Assembly: GCA_963664295.1 (NCBI GenBank)
Contig: OY760935.1
Coordinates: 800,001-864,000 of the forward strand
Reading direction: 5' to 3'
From: Candidatus Altimarinota bacterium
GTDB lineage: Bacteria; Patescibacteriota; Gracilibacteria; CAIRYL01; GCA-016699755
Length of the DNA stretch: 64,000 nt
The notes below the pieces were generated by a model. It made no database searches and was not told where the DNA came from. It saw only the letters and a program-made list of their open reading frames with translations. Made by a program: the position numbers and the translations under genes. Every line of letters starts with the position of its first letter. Position 1 is the first letter of the stretch. Of this stretch, positions 9,175 to 19,255 are shown one piece after another.

Positions 9175-9980
9175 AAGAAATAAAAATTCTCTCACCGGCA
9201 AAAATAAATCTAAATTTAAAAGTAGGTAAACTCCAAAAAAATAATCTCCATAAAATAGAAACAATAATGCAAACAATTTCACTATATGATGAAATTACAA
9301 TTAAAAATTTAGGTTTAATAAAAGGGCAACAAAAAATATCAATAAAAATCGCTGGCAAGCAAAAAAAAGGAGTGCCCTCAAATGCAGAAAACACTGTTTA
9401 TAAAGCTGCAAAATTATTTTTCAAAGAAAATAAAATAAAAGATAGTGTAAAAATAACAATCAATAAAAATATTCCCTCAAAAGCAGGACTTGGTGGAGCT
9501 TCTTCGAATTCTGCCTACACTCTAAAAGCCCTAGAAAAATTATTTAATTACAAATTAAAAAATCCAACAAAAACAGCTAGTCAAATAGGTAGCGATGTTG
9601 CCTTTTTTCTTCTCGGCGCCCCCTCTGCAATAGCCAAAGGCACAGGAGAAAAAATTAAAAAAATAAAACCAATAAATTTCCATTGCATTATTGCTATGTT
9701 GCCAAATATTTTTATTTCTACAGAATGGGCATACAAAAACCTACCCAAAACAAAAAAATATGAAAATGACTTTGAAAATCTTGCCTATAAATATTTTCCT
9801 GATTTATTGGATCTCAAAAATAAATTCATCAAAAATAAAGCAAAAAAAGCGAACTTAACAGGATCAGGGTCAGCAATATTCGCATTATTTAAAAATAAAA
9901 AAACTGCTGAAAATTGTGTACAAAATTTAAAAAATCAATGTTCTTTCATAGATTTAAACAAAACTCTTTTAGAGGATTAA
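9171..9980 (+). CDS. ispE: 4-diphosphocytidyl-2-C-methyl-D-erythritol kinase
   Basis: PAKINLNL, KNIPSKAGLGGASSNSA, GSDVAFF and LTGSGS GHMP-kinase motifs. Confidence 0.9.
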   Translation: MKEIKILSPAKINLNLKVGKLQKNNLHKIETIMQTISLYDEITIKNLGLIKGQQKISIKIAGKQKKGVPSNAENTVYKAAKLFFKENKIKDSVKITINKNIPSKAGLGGASSNSAYTLKALEKLFNYKLKNPTKTASQIGSDVAFFLLGAPSAIAKGTGEKIKKIKPINFHCIIAMLPNIFISTEWAYKNLPKTKKYENDFENLAYKYFPDLLDLKNKFIKNKAKKANLTGSGSAIFALFKNKKTAENCVQNLKNQCSFIDLNKTLLED

Positions 9981-10015
9981 AAATATATGTAAAATAAAAA
10001 AGATTTTTTAAAAAT

Positions 10016-10678
10016 ATGCTTGGTTTTATAAAAATATTTCTGCCGGCAATTTTAATAACATTCAATACAATGCCAACAGAAGGCGATCCTATTGGAACAG
10101 AAGAAGTAATCGCAGAAGAAACAACCGAAGAAGTAGCTACTGAAGAGGGAACTATTGAAGCAGAAATTGCAATTCCAGAAAAGCCTGAAGAAATTGAAAA
10201 AATACCTGATGAGGAAAAAATTCTTATAGAAGTTTTTTCTGATTTTGAATGCACACACTGCAAAGAGCACGCTCAAATAATTCAAAAACTACGCGAACGA
10301 AATGATTTAAAAATAATTTTTTATAATCTCCCACTTTCTTATCATGAACTAGCAACAGAAGCCTCAAAGGCAGATATTTGTGCTCGCCAACAGGAAAAAG
10401 AATGGGAAATGAATAATTTAATTTTTGAAAATCAAAATAATTTAAATCGTGAGGCTTATCTTGAGTACGCAAAAACATTAGAATTAAACATAGACACTTT
10501 TTCTAGCTGTCTCGATTCAGAAGAAACAATAAAACAACTCGAAGAAGAAATAAAAAAAGGTAAAGAAAAAAAATTAAAAGGCATTCCAACAACAATAATC
10601 AATGGAGAAAAAATACTCGGAAATATTCCAATAGAAAACCTTGAAAAAATAATCAGAAAACATCAAAATAATTCTTGA
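10016..10678 (+). CDS. DsbA/BdbD-family thioredoxin-fold oxidoreductase
   Basis: FSDFECTHC CxxC motif, LPLSYH and the GIPT cis-Pro loop. Confidence 0.85.
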   Translation: MLGFIKIFLPAILITFNTMPTEGDPIGTEEVIAEETTEEVATEEGTIEAEIAIPEKPEEIEKIPDEEKILIEVFSDFECTHCKEHAQIIQKLRERNDLKIIFYNLPLSYHELATEASKADICARQQEKEWEMNNLIFENQNNLNREAYLEYAKTLELNIDTFSSCLDSEETIKQLEEEIKKGKEKKLKGIPTTIINGEKILGNIPIENLEKIIRKHQNNS

Positions 10679-10699
10679 TTTTAAATTTTATAAACAAAA

Positions 10700-11866
10700 A
10701 TGCCTCCAAAAAAGACAAATTCAAAGAAAACTACTGGCAAAAAAACTCCTGCAAAAAAGACTGTTGCAAAAAAAACAGTAACTAAAAAGCCTGCCAAAAA
10801 AAATGTGGCTAAAAAAAGACCAGTAGTTGCAACTACAACTCCGGCTGTAGCAAGCAAAAGCAAAACAACTGTAAGCAAAAAATCTTGCTGTTCATCAGTT
10901 GGCCTAAAAATTGTTTTATTTTTAGCACTTGTATTATTGGGTATTAGCTCAGCTGTAAACATCAACTATTATCAAAAAGAAAATGCTGACAAATCTGCTA
11001 ATACAGACTTTGACAAAGAACAGGAAAGAATTGTTGTTGATGGCAATGTGTGGCAAAATCTTGGTCTTTTAGTAGAGGTAAAAATTGTCACTGACTCAAC
11101 TTGCGAAACTTGCGCTGACCTCACAACAGAGCCTATGAAACAAACTATTCAAGGAGCTTTTCCTTTTGGTGAAGTTGTGGTGATAGATGTTGCAAAAGAA
11201 GAAGCACCAGCTGGCGTAGTTGGCGTACCTACTATCGTTATTGATAACAAGCTTGAAGAAAGTAAAATCTTTCCTCAAATCAAACCATATTTAACAAAAA
11301 TAGAGGGTGGCTATGAAATGCCTCCAGCTAGCCTTAATATCAGGTCAAACACAAAAGTAATTGATAAATCAATTTTACCTAGCGCAGATGGCGAAGAGGG
11401 ATTGGTAATTTTCGAATATTCTGAGTTTGCTTGTCCATATTGCAAAAGATTTGCTACAGAAACTTGGCCTGTGTTGAGTGAAAAATATGGAGATCAAATC
11501 AAATTAGACTTTAGACACTTTATTGTTCACCCTTCCGCAGCGCCAGGATCAGTTGCCTCTGAATGTGCAAGAAAACTTGGTGGCGATGAAAAATTTGAAG
11601 AAATGCATGATGTTTTATTTAGAGATCAAAAATTTGATGAAGAGTCAATTCTTGCTTATGGCGAAGAACTTGGACTAAATACAGAAGAATATACAACTTG
11701 CCTTAATGATCCAGAAATCATGGAACTTGTTAGTAAAACAAGTCAAGAAGCAAAAAGCTTAACCATTGTTGGCACTCCTTCTTTCTTAATCGGTGATACT
11801 ATTTACAGAGGTGCATTACCTGCTGAACAATTTGAAGAAATTATTGATAAAAAATTAAATCAATAA
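10700..11866 (+). CDS. Membrane-anchored DsbA-family protein with Lys/Ala-rich N-terminal tail and a second CxxC domain
   Basis: PAKK-type repeats, a TM helix, a CETC domain, and a YSEFACPYC...GTPSF DsbA domain. Confidence 0.85.
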   Translation: MPPKKTNSKKTTGKKTPAKKTVAKKTVTKKPAKKNVAKKRPVVATTTPAVASKSKTTVSKKSCCSSVGLKIVLFLALVLLGISSAVNINYYQKENADKSANTDFDKEQERIVVDGNVWQNLGLLVEVKIVTDSTCETCADLTTEPMKQTIQGAFPFGEVVVIDVAKEEAPAGVVGVPTIVIDNKLEESKIFPQIKPYLTKIEGGYEMPPASLNIRSNTKVIDKSILPSADGEEGLVIFEYSEFACPYCKRFATETWPVLSEKYGDQIKLDFRHFIVHPSAAPGSVASECARKLGGDEKFEEMHDVLFRDQKFDEESILAYGEELGLNTEEYTTCLNDPEIMELVSKTSQEAKSLTIVGTPSFLIGDTIYRGALPAEQFEEIIDKKLNQ

Positions 11867-11868
11867 AA

Positions 11869-12207
11869 ATGACTGACTGTATTTTTTGCAAAATCATTAA
11901 CGGCGAAATACCATCAAAAAAAGTTTATGAAGATGAACAAGTAGTTGCTATTGAGGATATTAATCCAAAAGCACCAGTGCATATTCTAATTCTTCCAAAG
12001 AAACATATTAGCAGTATTGCTGAGATGGAAAAAGAAGATGAAAACTTAATTGGTCATATGATTTATATAGGCAAAAAAGTCGCCCAAGAAGCAGGACTAA
12101 AAGGCTGGAAAATGTTATTTAATGTTGAAAAAGAAGGTGGACAAATTGTTTTCCATGTCCACCTTCATATTCTTGGTGGTGGCTACGTTAATCTTAAAGA
12201 ATGCTAA
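11869..12207 (+). CDS. HIT-family nucleotide-binding protein (HinT-like)
   Basis: DCIFCKII start and the HVHLH histidine triad. Confidence 0.95.
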   Translation: MTDCIFCKIINGEIPSKKVYEDEQVVAIEDINPKAPVHILILPKKHISSIAEMEKEDENLIGHMIYIGKKVAQEAGLKGWKMLFNVEKEGGQIVFHVHLHILGGGYVNLKEC

Positions 12208-13262
12208 AGGTCACTAATAAATTATTGGAATTTTTAAACAAAAAAGGCTTAGATGCCTTTTTTGTAAATAACCCTGAAAATATTTTTTATTTAACTGGCT
12301 ATTGGAGCAATGAAGCTTGCCTTATTTTTGCTAAAAAAAATATTTATTTATTTGTCAGTCCTTTAGAAATTAAAAATTGTGAAAAATTAAAAAAGAATTT
12401 AGAGATAATTGAATTTAATTCAAAAAATTTCCAAATAATAATAAAGAAAGAAAAAATTAAAACCCTAGCTTATAAAAAAAACCATTTAACTGTTAGTAAT
12501 TTTGAAAAATTACAAAAAATCACAGACAAAAAAATCAAATTAAAAGGACTTGAAAATGTTTTTACCCCCCTGCGCACCCAAAAAACTGAACAAGAAATTA
12601 AAAAACTAAAAAAATCCTCACAATTAGCTGACAAAGTCTTAGAAAAAACAATCCCCTTAATAAAAATAGGTGTAAGTGAAAAAAAATTAGCCTGGAAAAT
12701 TGAAAAAATAGGACGAGAATTAGGAGCTAAAAAAACCAGCTTTGATTTAATAGTTGCTTTTGATAAAAACACAGCCACACCACACCACCAAGCAAGCACT
12801 AAAAAACTTACAAAAAATACTCCTATCCTGTTTGATATTGGATTTTCTTTAGATAATTATTGTTCTGATATAACTCGATGTTTTTATTTTGGTGCTCCAA
12901 ACGAGCAATGGATAAACACATATAAACTTGTTCAAAAAGCACAAAAGGAAAGTAAAAAAATAATAAAAAACAATCTCCCATGCACAGAGGCACACAAAAA
13001 AGCAGTAGAAATTTTTGATAAACAAAAAAAATATTTCACCCACTCTCTTGGGCACGGAATTGGCATAGAGGTGCATGAACTTCCACGCATATCAGATAAA
13101 TCAGAGGATATTTTTAAAAATAATATGACCTTTACTGTTGAGCCCGGTCTTTATTTTGAAAATAATTTTGGCATACGCATTGAAGACACCTGCCTTTTGC
13201 AAGATAAACTCATTACCTTAAATAAATTCACAAAAAAAATTGATGATGTAGTTTTAAATTAA
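12201..13262 (+). CDS. Xaa-Pro aminopeptidase (M24B)
   Basis: YCSDITR, HSLGHGIGIEVHE, TVEPGLY and GIRIED motifs. Confidence 0.92.
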   Translation: MLKVTNKLLEFLNKKGLDAFFVNNPENIFYLTGYWSNEACLIFAKKNIYLFVSPLEIKNCEKLKKNLEIIEFNSKNFQIIIKKEKIKTLAYKKNHLTVSNFEKLQKITDKKIKLKGLENVFTPLRTQKTEQEIKKLKKSSQLADKVLEKTIPLIKIGVSEKKLAWKIEKIGRELGAKKTSFDLIVAFDKNTATPHHQASTKKLTKNTPILFDIGFSLDNYCSDITRCFYFGAPNEQWINTYKLVQKAQKESKKIIKNNLPCTEAHKKAVEIFDKQKKYFTHSLGHGIGIEVHELPRISDKSEDIFKNNMTFTVEPGLYFENNFGIRIEDTCLLQDKLITLNKFTKKIDDVVLN

Positions 13263-13801
13263 AACCTACCAACCACAGTAATATTTCTTAAATTTGTTTT
13301 ATCTCTTCGCCAACTTGCCAAAGATGTATCAAAAAAAGTATTTCGATCATCAATAATTACTTGGGGAAGTACATTTTTTATTGCACCTTGAAAATCAAAA
13401 ACAATTTTTTCTTCTTCATAAGTAAGAAATTGTTCACCAAATTTATTTTTAATTTGAAAAAAACAATCATCTTTTTGAATTTCAAACGAATGCATAAAAG
13501 GAGCAATAAAAATTTTTGGTTCTTCAAAAAATACCAACATTTTTTCAATAATCCCACCACAAAACCCTCTCCAACCAGCATGCACAATGCCAAATTTATC
13601 ACCTTCGACAAAAACAACAGGAGCACAATCTGCTGTTTTGATGCCTAATAAAAATTTTCCTGTAGTATAAATACCATCACAATCGCTCAAGTCTTCATTA
13701 CTTGTTTTTATTTCTCTAATGTTTATCCCGTGTGTTTGGGTTGGCAAAATAACCCCTTCTGGCAATTTTTCATTAGGTAAAAATGTCTTTATTTTGATCA
13801 T
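13259..13801 (-). CDS. YfiH/PgeF (laccase-domain) family protein, short form
   Basis: QTHG, TADCAPV and HAGWRG motifs. Confidence 0.85.
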   Translation of the reverse strand: MIKIKTFLPNEKLPEGVILPTQTHGINIREIKTSNEDLSDCDGIYTTGKFLLGIKTADCAPVVFVEGDKFGIVHAGWRGFCGGIIEKMLVFFEEPKIFIAPFMHSFEIQKDDCFFQIKNKFGEQFLTYEEEKIVFDFQGAIKNVLPQVIIDDRNTFFDTSLASWRRDKTNLRNITVVGRF

Positions 13802-14934
13802 TTATTTTTGGAAAATTTTTCCCATTCTTCTGTGATTATTTTTAATAATTCTTCTTCAAATTTTTCTTTAGAAAATTTTTCTGCATGCGATCTTAATTTT
13901 TTATAAATAAATTTTTGACTATCAAAATCATTTATTGCTTTTTTTAGATCACTTTTTTTCTGTTTATCAAAAAAAACAGCAACTTCTTCATTTAAGGTAG
14001 TCAAAACTCCACCTTTTTTTAAAGCAATCACAGGAGTACCCGAAGCTAAACTTTCCAAAGGCACAATTCCTGCATCTTCCACATGAGGAAAAATTACTGC
14101 TTTTGCTTGAGCAAAATACTCTGGTAGTTTTTCATCATCAACATAACCCAAAAAATCAATATTTTTATGACCTTCTGCTAATTTCTTTAATTCCTCTTTC
14201 ATTGGGCCTGTGCCAATTATTTTTATTTTTTCTTTTGGCAATTCTTTAAAAGTTTCTACTAAAAAATCTATACTTTTTTGTGCAACTAATCTGCCAACAA
14301 ATAAAAAATAATCATCTTTTTTTTGTTTTAATGAAAAATGATCAATATCCACAGGCGGAGGCAAGACCAAAGAATCTTTTTGCCAATATTTTTTAATTCT
14401 TTGTTGAATAAAATCAGAATTGGCTATATATAAATCAGGTCTTTCTGCAGAATATTTGTCCCAAATTCGCAAACGAGACAAAACAGGAGGTAAAAAATAT
14501 TTAATAAAAGCAGGTAAAGGATAATTTTTTAAAAACTCCTGCCATTCACCCCACAAAAATCTAGCCGGAGTATGGCAATAACAAATATGTAAAGTTTCTG
14601 GATTGGTAATAACTCCTTTTGCCACAAACGAAGAAGAAGAAATTACAAGATCAAAATCATTTAAATTCAAAGACTCAATTGCTTTTGGTAATAAAGGCAA
14701 TAAACTTCTGTGTTTTTTCCGAATACATTTTGGAAATTTTTGCAAAAAACTCGTTCGCACATCAGGATGATTACCAAGAGACTTCATTGCCTCAGAATCA
14801 AAAACAGTTGTGTATAGCGGAGCTTCTGGAAAAAGATGAACAAAAGATTCAATTACCTTTTCTGCTCCACCAAAACTGGTTAACCAATCTGCGACAATCG
14901 CTACCCTCAAAGACTGAATTTTATTCTTAGTCAT
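13798..14934 (-). CDS. Glycosyltransferase family 4
   Basis: DWLTSFGGAEKV, CYCHTPAR and EDAGIVPLESLASGTPVI. The start is uncertain (14934 or 14940). Confidence 0.9.
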   Translation of the reverse strand: MTKNKIQSLRVAIVADWLTSFGGAEKVIESFVHLFPEAPLYTTVFDSEAMKSLGNHPDVRTSFLQKFPKCIRKKHRSLLPLLPKAIESLNLNDFDLVISSSSFVAKGVITNPETLHICYCHTPARFLWGEWQEFLKNYPLPAFIKYFLPPVLSRLRIWDKYSAERPDLYIANSDFIQQRIKKYWQKDSLVLPPPVDIDHFSLKQKKDDYFLFVGRLVAQKSIDFLVETFKELPKEKIKIIGTGPMKEELKKLAEGHKNIDFLGYVDDEKLPEYFAQAKAVIFPHVEDAGIVPLESLASGTPVIALKKGGVLTTLNEEVAVFFDKQKKSDLKKAINDFDSQKFIYKKLRSHAEKFSKEKFEEELLKIITEEWEKFSKNK

Positions 14935-16222
14935 CTTCATCAATAGGTAAAACCAAAGGTTCTCCTTTTATTATAGAAAATTTTGCTAATTTTTTCGCAG
15001 CTTTTTGTACGCTTTTCAAAGGAGCTTCATCTAAAAGTAATAAAACTGGCTTAGTTATGCTTTCACCGTTTGGTTTTTGATAAAAACCATTGATTGAAAC
15101 TTTTTCTTTTGCTAATACATTGGCAATTTTTGCCAAAGAACCTGGTTTATCTAGGGCAAAAACTCTTAACACAGACTTTCTTTTTAAATCTGAAAAATCA
15201 CCATATTTTATATTTTCTAAATCATTAAAGGGCAAAGATTGACAAAGGCTAATCTTGCAAAGATGAGAAGCAATTTCCACAATATCAGCAACAACTGCTG
15301 TGCCAGTTGCCAAACCTCCGGCTCCATTACCAGCTAATAAAATAGGTCCAGAAAATTCACCTTCAATCAAAATTGCATTTACAACCTTGTCAATTTGTCC
15401 AAGCTTGGAAAATCTTTTTACAAAAGTTGGCTTCATGCTGAGGTATATTTTCTTATCAACTTTCTCTGCGCACCCAACAAGTTTGATTTTATAACCCATG
15501 TCAGAGGCAAATTGAAAATCATCAGGAAGTAATTTGGAAATACCCTGCACATCAACTGCTGAATAATCAATCTTTGCACCATAAGCAAAGGCTGACAATA
15601 TAGCTATCTTATGAGCCGCATCTATTCCTTCAATATCAAAAGTTGGATCTTGTTCAGCATAACCTAATTTTTGTGCTGTTTTTAAAACTTCTTCAAAGCT
15701 ACCTCCTTTGTATTGTAAATGAGATAAAATATAATTTGCTGTACCATTTAAAATGCCTTTTATTTTAGAAATTTTAAAAGGATATGAACTTTTTCTAAGA
15801 GTACGCAAACAAGGAATAGCTCCACAAACAGATGCTTCCGCAAGCAACATAAGATTATTTTTCTTTGCTAAATCAAAAAGCTCATTACCATTCATTGCAA
15901 GTAAGTGCTTATTTGCTGTCACAACATGTTTATTTTTTTTAAGTGCTTTTTTAATAAAACTTTTTGCAAAACCAGTCCCACCTATTAACTCAACAACAAT
16001 GCTAATTTCTGGATCATTGATTAAGTCATCAGCATTGTTGGTAAACACTTTTTTGTCTAATTTTAATTTATTTTTTGTTGGTATTTTTAAATCACAAATT
16101 TTCTTAATAATAATTTCAATATTACTTCTATTCTTTATTTCCTTAACTCGCTTCAATAAGACCTCGACTGTGCCTTGTCCAACTACCCCAAAGCCCAAAA
16201 CACCAACATATATTTTTTTCAT
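14927..16222 (-). CDS. hom: Homoserine dehydrogenase with C-terminal ACT domain
   Basis: GFGVVG Rossmann motif, VVTANK, EASVCGAIP, GILNGTANYIL, AQKLGYAEQDPTFDIEGIDAAHK, and the DKPGSL ACT motif. Confidence 0.93.
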   Translation of the reverse strand: MKKIYVGVLGFGVVGQGTVEVLLKRVKEIKNRSNIEIIIKKICDLKIPTKNKLKLDKKVFTNNADDLINDPEISIVVELIGGTGFAKSFIKKALKKNKHVVTANKHLLAMNGNELFDLAKKNNLMLLAEASVCGAIPCLRTLRKSSYPFKISKIKGILNGTANYILSHLQYKGGSFEEVLKTAQKLGYAEQDPTFDIEGIDAAHKIAILSAFAYGAKIDYSAVDVQGISKLLPDDFQFASDMGYKIKLVGCAEKVDKKIYLSMKPTFVKRFSKLGQIDKVVNAILIEGEFSGPILLAGNGAGGLATGTAVVADIVEIASHLCKISLCQSLPFNDLENIKYGDFSDLKRKSVLRVFALDKPGSLAKIANVLAKEKVSINGFYQKPNGESITKPVLLLLDEAPLKSVQKAAKKLAKFSIIKGEPLVLPIDEDD

Positions 16223-16323
16223 TGGCTAAATTCTGCCATAAAACAATTTTTTAAACAAAGTTAAATCTTGCTTAAATAAAAAAGCTATGAGAAACTTCAT
16301 TTTGCCCAAGGTTGCAATATAAA

Positions 16324-17967
16324 ATGAAAAAAAAGCTTAAAAAAATCAGCAAAAAACTAAGCGGTAAACTAAGCATGAAATCAGGCTTATTTTTTTTGTT
16401 AATTGGTCTTTTTATGGCTATTCTTGCCAGCCTACTTGTTATTCCTGAGTTATTTTTTATTAAAAATTTTGAAGATTTTTTACCAGAAAAAGACTTAATT
16501 GGCTTTATAAAGGTAGAAAATTTCCAAGCACCTGAGCAATTAAGTGAAAAATATCCACAAGTTAAAACTGATTTTAATAAATATTTTTCTACTATTTTAG
16601 GAATTGACCTTGAAAAAACAAATATTTGGCGAGGAAAAAGAGCAGGAATAGCACTTTATGAAGATAATTTTAATGTTGAAAGTCCTTATTCTTGGGTTGT
16701 TCTTTTTGAAATTACCAACAAAAAAGAAGCTGAGATTTTTTTAAATAAATTAGCTGGTAATGAAGAAAATCTTGTTTATGACAATAGAAATAAAATAAAA
16801 GTCTCTATTTTAAAAAATCGTAATTTTAAATGCGCTTTATTTGAAAGCTATCTTGTTTGTTCTGATAAAGGCTCAAATATTTTTGACAAACTTTTAGCAG
16901 AAGAAAGGGCTATTGTAGCTTCTGCTGACTATCAACGTTGGCAGGCTCAAATGCCAAAAAAGGCTTATTTAAAAGCTTATTTTCGAACTGAAAAAATAAA
17001 TAAAATAATTCCTAATTTTGCCTCACTCATTAACGGAAACATTGAAACCGGCGGTCTTGTTTTGGAAGAAAAAGAAAACCAACTCGCAATTTCTATGTTT
17101 TTTGTTAAAAAACAAAAAAATGCAGAAATATTTTCACAAGAAGAACAAGAGGACTTGCTAACAATATTACCAAAAGAAACAATTTTCTTTTTAAACGGAA
17201 AAAACACCAAAAACACTATCGACACAGCGCTTAATGAAATGTCTCACAATGACCCTGAATTAAAAACTTATTTTTTAGCCAGAACAAGAGCAATTATACA
17301 AAATAATTATTTTAGCGAAACAGTTTCTCTTGAAAACGATATTTTTCCACTTTTTTCAAAAAACTTTGTTTTTGCCTTTGTAAAAACAGAAATAATCTCA
17401 AAGACAGAAGACCAAGAGGAAATAGAAGAAAAATTGGTCCCTTTGCTGATCATCAATACTGATGATGAAATTTTTGCAGAAGAAAAAAGAAAAAAACTAG
17501 CCAAAGGTTTTGAAGAGATCTTAATTAAAGAATCAGGAGAAATCATTGAAGAAACTTTAGAAAACGAAGAAACAATTAAAGAAATTTTTCCACTTGGCAG
17601 TGAGGCTATAAAAATTGAAAAAGATTTCAATGACGCAAAAACTGTTTATTTAAAAGGGAAAGATAAAGAAATGGCTATTGCTAGAAAAAATAATCTTTTA
17701 ATTATCTCTACTGATACCGAGATATTAAAAGAAGTTATTACCAAAATAGATCAAACAAAATTTAAAAGAGAAACAAGTAAAATTGTTGAAAATTTTAATA
17801 TCAAAACATTTTCCAGCGCAGACGAAACTTTTGCTTTTGACAAAAGCTTTGTTTCATCTCTGCCTATTGGGGATTATGTAAATAAATTATATTTTATAGA
17901 TACAGTTTCTGGAAAAATTGTAAGAATTCCTGATGCATTTAGGGTGGATATTCAGATTGCTTTTTAA
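16324..17967 (+). CDS. Membrane-anchored extracytoplasmic protein, DUF3352-like
   Basis: N-terminal TM helix followed by a two-repeat alpha/beta architecture (FLPEKD..., ILPKET...). The family call is from pattern only. Confidence 0.55.
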   Translation: MKKKLKKISKKLSGKLSMKSGLFFLLIGLFMAILASLLVIPELFFIKNFEDFLPEKDLIGFIKVENFQAPEQLSEKYPQVKTDFNKYFSTILGIDLEKTNIWRGKRAGIALYEDNFNVESPYSWVVLFEITNKKEAEIFLNKLAGNEENLVYDNRNKIKVSILKNRNFKCALFESYLVCSDKGSNIFDKLLAEERAIVASADYQRWQAQMPKKAYLKAYFRTEKINKIIPNFASLINGNIETGGLVLEEKENQLAISMFFVKKQKNAEIFSQEEQEDLLTILPKETIFFLNGKNTKNTIDTALNEMSHNDPELKTYFLARTRAIIQNNYFSETVSLENDIFPLFSKNFVFAFVKTEIISKTEDQEEIEEKLVPLLIINTDDEIFAEEKRKKLAKGFEEILIKESGEIIEETLENEETIKEIFPLGSEAIKIEKDFNDAKTVYLKGKDKEMAIARKNNLLIISTDTEILKEVITKIDQTKFKRETSKIVENFNIKTFSSADETFAFDKSFVSSLPIGDYVNKLYFIDTVSGKIVRIPDAFRVDIQIAF

Positions 17968-17970
17968 ATA

Positions 17971-19209
17971 GTGAAAAAAGTTTTTTTATCGGGCATTGGC
18001 GGGATTGGCATGAGCGCGCTGGCACGCTTTTTTTTGTCAGAAGACCTTGAAGTTATTGGGAGCGACAACAATAATTCTGATTTAATTGAAGAATTAAAAA
18101 AAGAGGGAGTAAAAATTTTTCTTGAACAAAAAAAAGGAAACATTACTCAAGATATTGATCTCTTTGTTTATTCCGAAGCAATACCAGAAAATAATCCTGA
18201 AAGAACTAATGCGCTTAAATATAAAATTCCTCAAAAAAGTTATTTTCAAGCACTTGGCGATGTTTCAAAAGAATATAAAACCGTAGCAATAGCAGGAACA
18301 CACGGAAAAAGCACAACAACTGCGATGGCAGGCTTGGCTATAAAAAATTCTACTGTTTTTGTAGGCACAAAAATTTTTGAGTGGAATAATAAAAATTTTC
18401 GCAAAGACAAATCTGATCTTTTAATTGTTGAGGCTTGTGAATATCGCAATTCTTTTCTTAATCTTGATCCTTATGTTGCAATAATTACCTCTCTTGAGCC
18501 TGAGCATTTGGACTTTTTTAAAACTAAGGAAAATTATTTTGCTTCGTTTAAAAAATTTATCAAAAAAGCAAAAATTTTAATTGCTGATTTTTCTGACCCT
18601 GCAATTAAAAAAATTAGTAAAAACTTTGCTGGTAAAAAAATAAATAGTGCGGATTTTATTTCTCATGTGCCTAAATTAAAAATACCTGGTGAACATAATA
18701 TTCAAAATGCTTCTAGGGTTTTGGCTTTATGTGATTTTTTAGGCATAAACTTAAATAAAACACAAAAATATTTATCTGAATTCAAAGGAACCTGGCGCAG
18801 AATGGAAAAAAAGGCAAAAAATGTTTATGACGACTATGCCCATCATCCAACAGAAATAAGGGCAACTTTAAAAGCATTAAGGAATAAATATCCTGACAAA
18901 AAAATCTGGTGTGTTTTTCAGCCTCATCAATATTCTCGGACCATTGCTTTTTTTGACGAATTTGCAAAAAGTTTTAATGATGCTGACTATGTATTTATTC
19001 CCAATATTTATAAAGTGCGAGATAGTGAAGAAGATGTAAAAAAAATCACAGCCAAAGATTTAGTGAAAAAAATTGGCAAAAAAGCTCAATACACAGAAAA
19101 TTTTGAAAATACCGTAAAAATACTAAAAGAAAAAGTGGATCCAAATGATATTTTGATTACTATGGGCGCTGGTCCTATAAATGAGGTAGCAGAAGAATTT
19201 TTAAAATAA
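17971..19209 (+). CDS. murC: UDP-N-acetylmuramate--L-alanine ligase
   Basis: GIGGIGMSALA, AGTHGKSTTT, EACEY, DDYAHHPTEI and FQPH. Confidence 0.95.
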   Translation: MKKVFLSGIGGIGMSALARFFLSEDLEVIGSDNNNSDLIEELKKEGVKIFLEQKKGNITQDIDLFVYSEAIPENNPERTNALKYKIPQKSYFQALGDVSKEYKTVAIAGTHGKSTTTAMAGLAIKNSTVFVGTKIFEWNNKNFRKDKSDLLIVEACEYRNSFLNLDPYVAIITSLEPEHLDFFKTKENYFASFKKFIKKAKILIADFSDPAIKKISKNFAGKKINSADFISHVPKLKIPGEHNIQNASRVLALCDFLGINLNKTQKYLSEFKGTWRRMEKKAKNVYDDYAHHPTEIRATLKALRNKYPDKKIWCVFQPHQYSRTIAFFDEFAKSFNDADYVFIPNIYKVRDSEEDVKKITAKDLVKKIGKKAQYTENFENTVKILKEKVDPNDILITMGAGPINEVAEEFLK

Positions 19210-19235
19210 AAAAGCGGTTTTTAGACCGCTTTTTT
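19208..19235. terminator. Bidirectional intrinsic terminator between convergent murC and DUF11 gene
   Basis: AAAAAGCGGTT-ttta-GACCGCTTTTT hairpin flanked by A and T tracts. Confidence 0.8.
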
Positions 19236-19255
19236 ATAATCACTATTTATTATAA

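Noticed and set aside
8011-13262. Numerous A7-A9 homopolymers as phase-variation or frameshift sites
   Set aside because: They are explained by Lys-rich, A-biased coding throughout the window, and the reading frames are intact.
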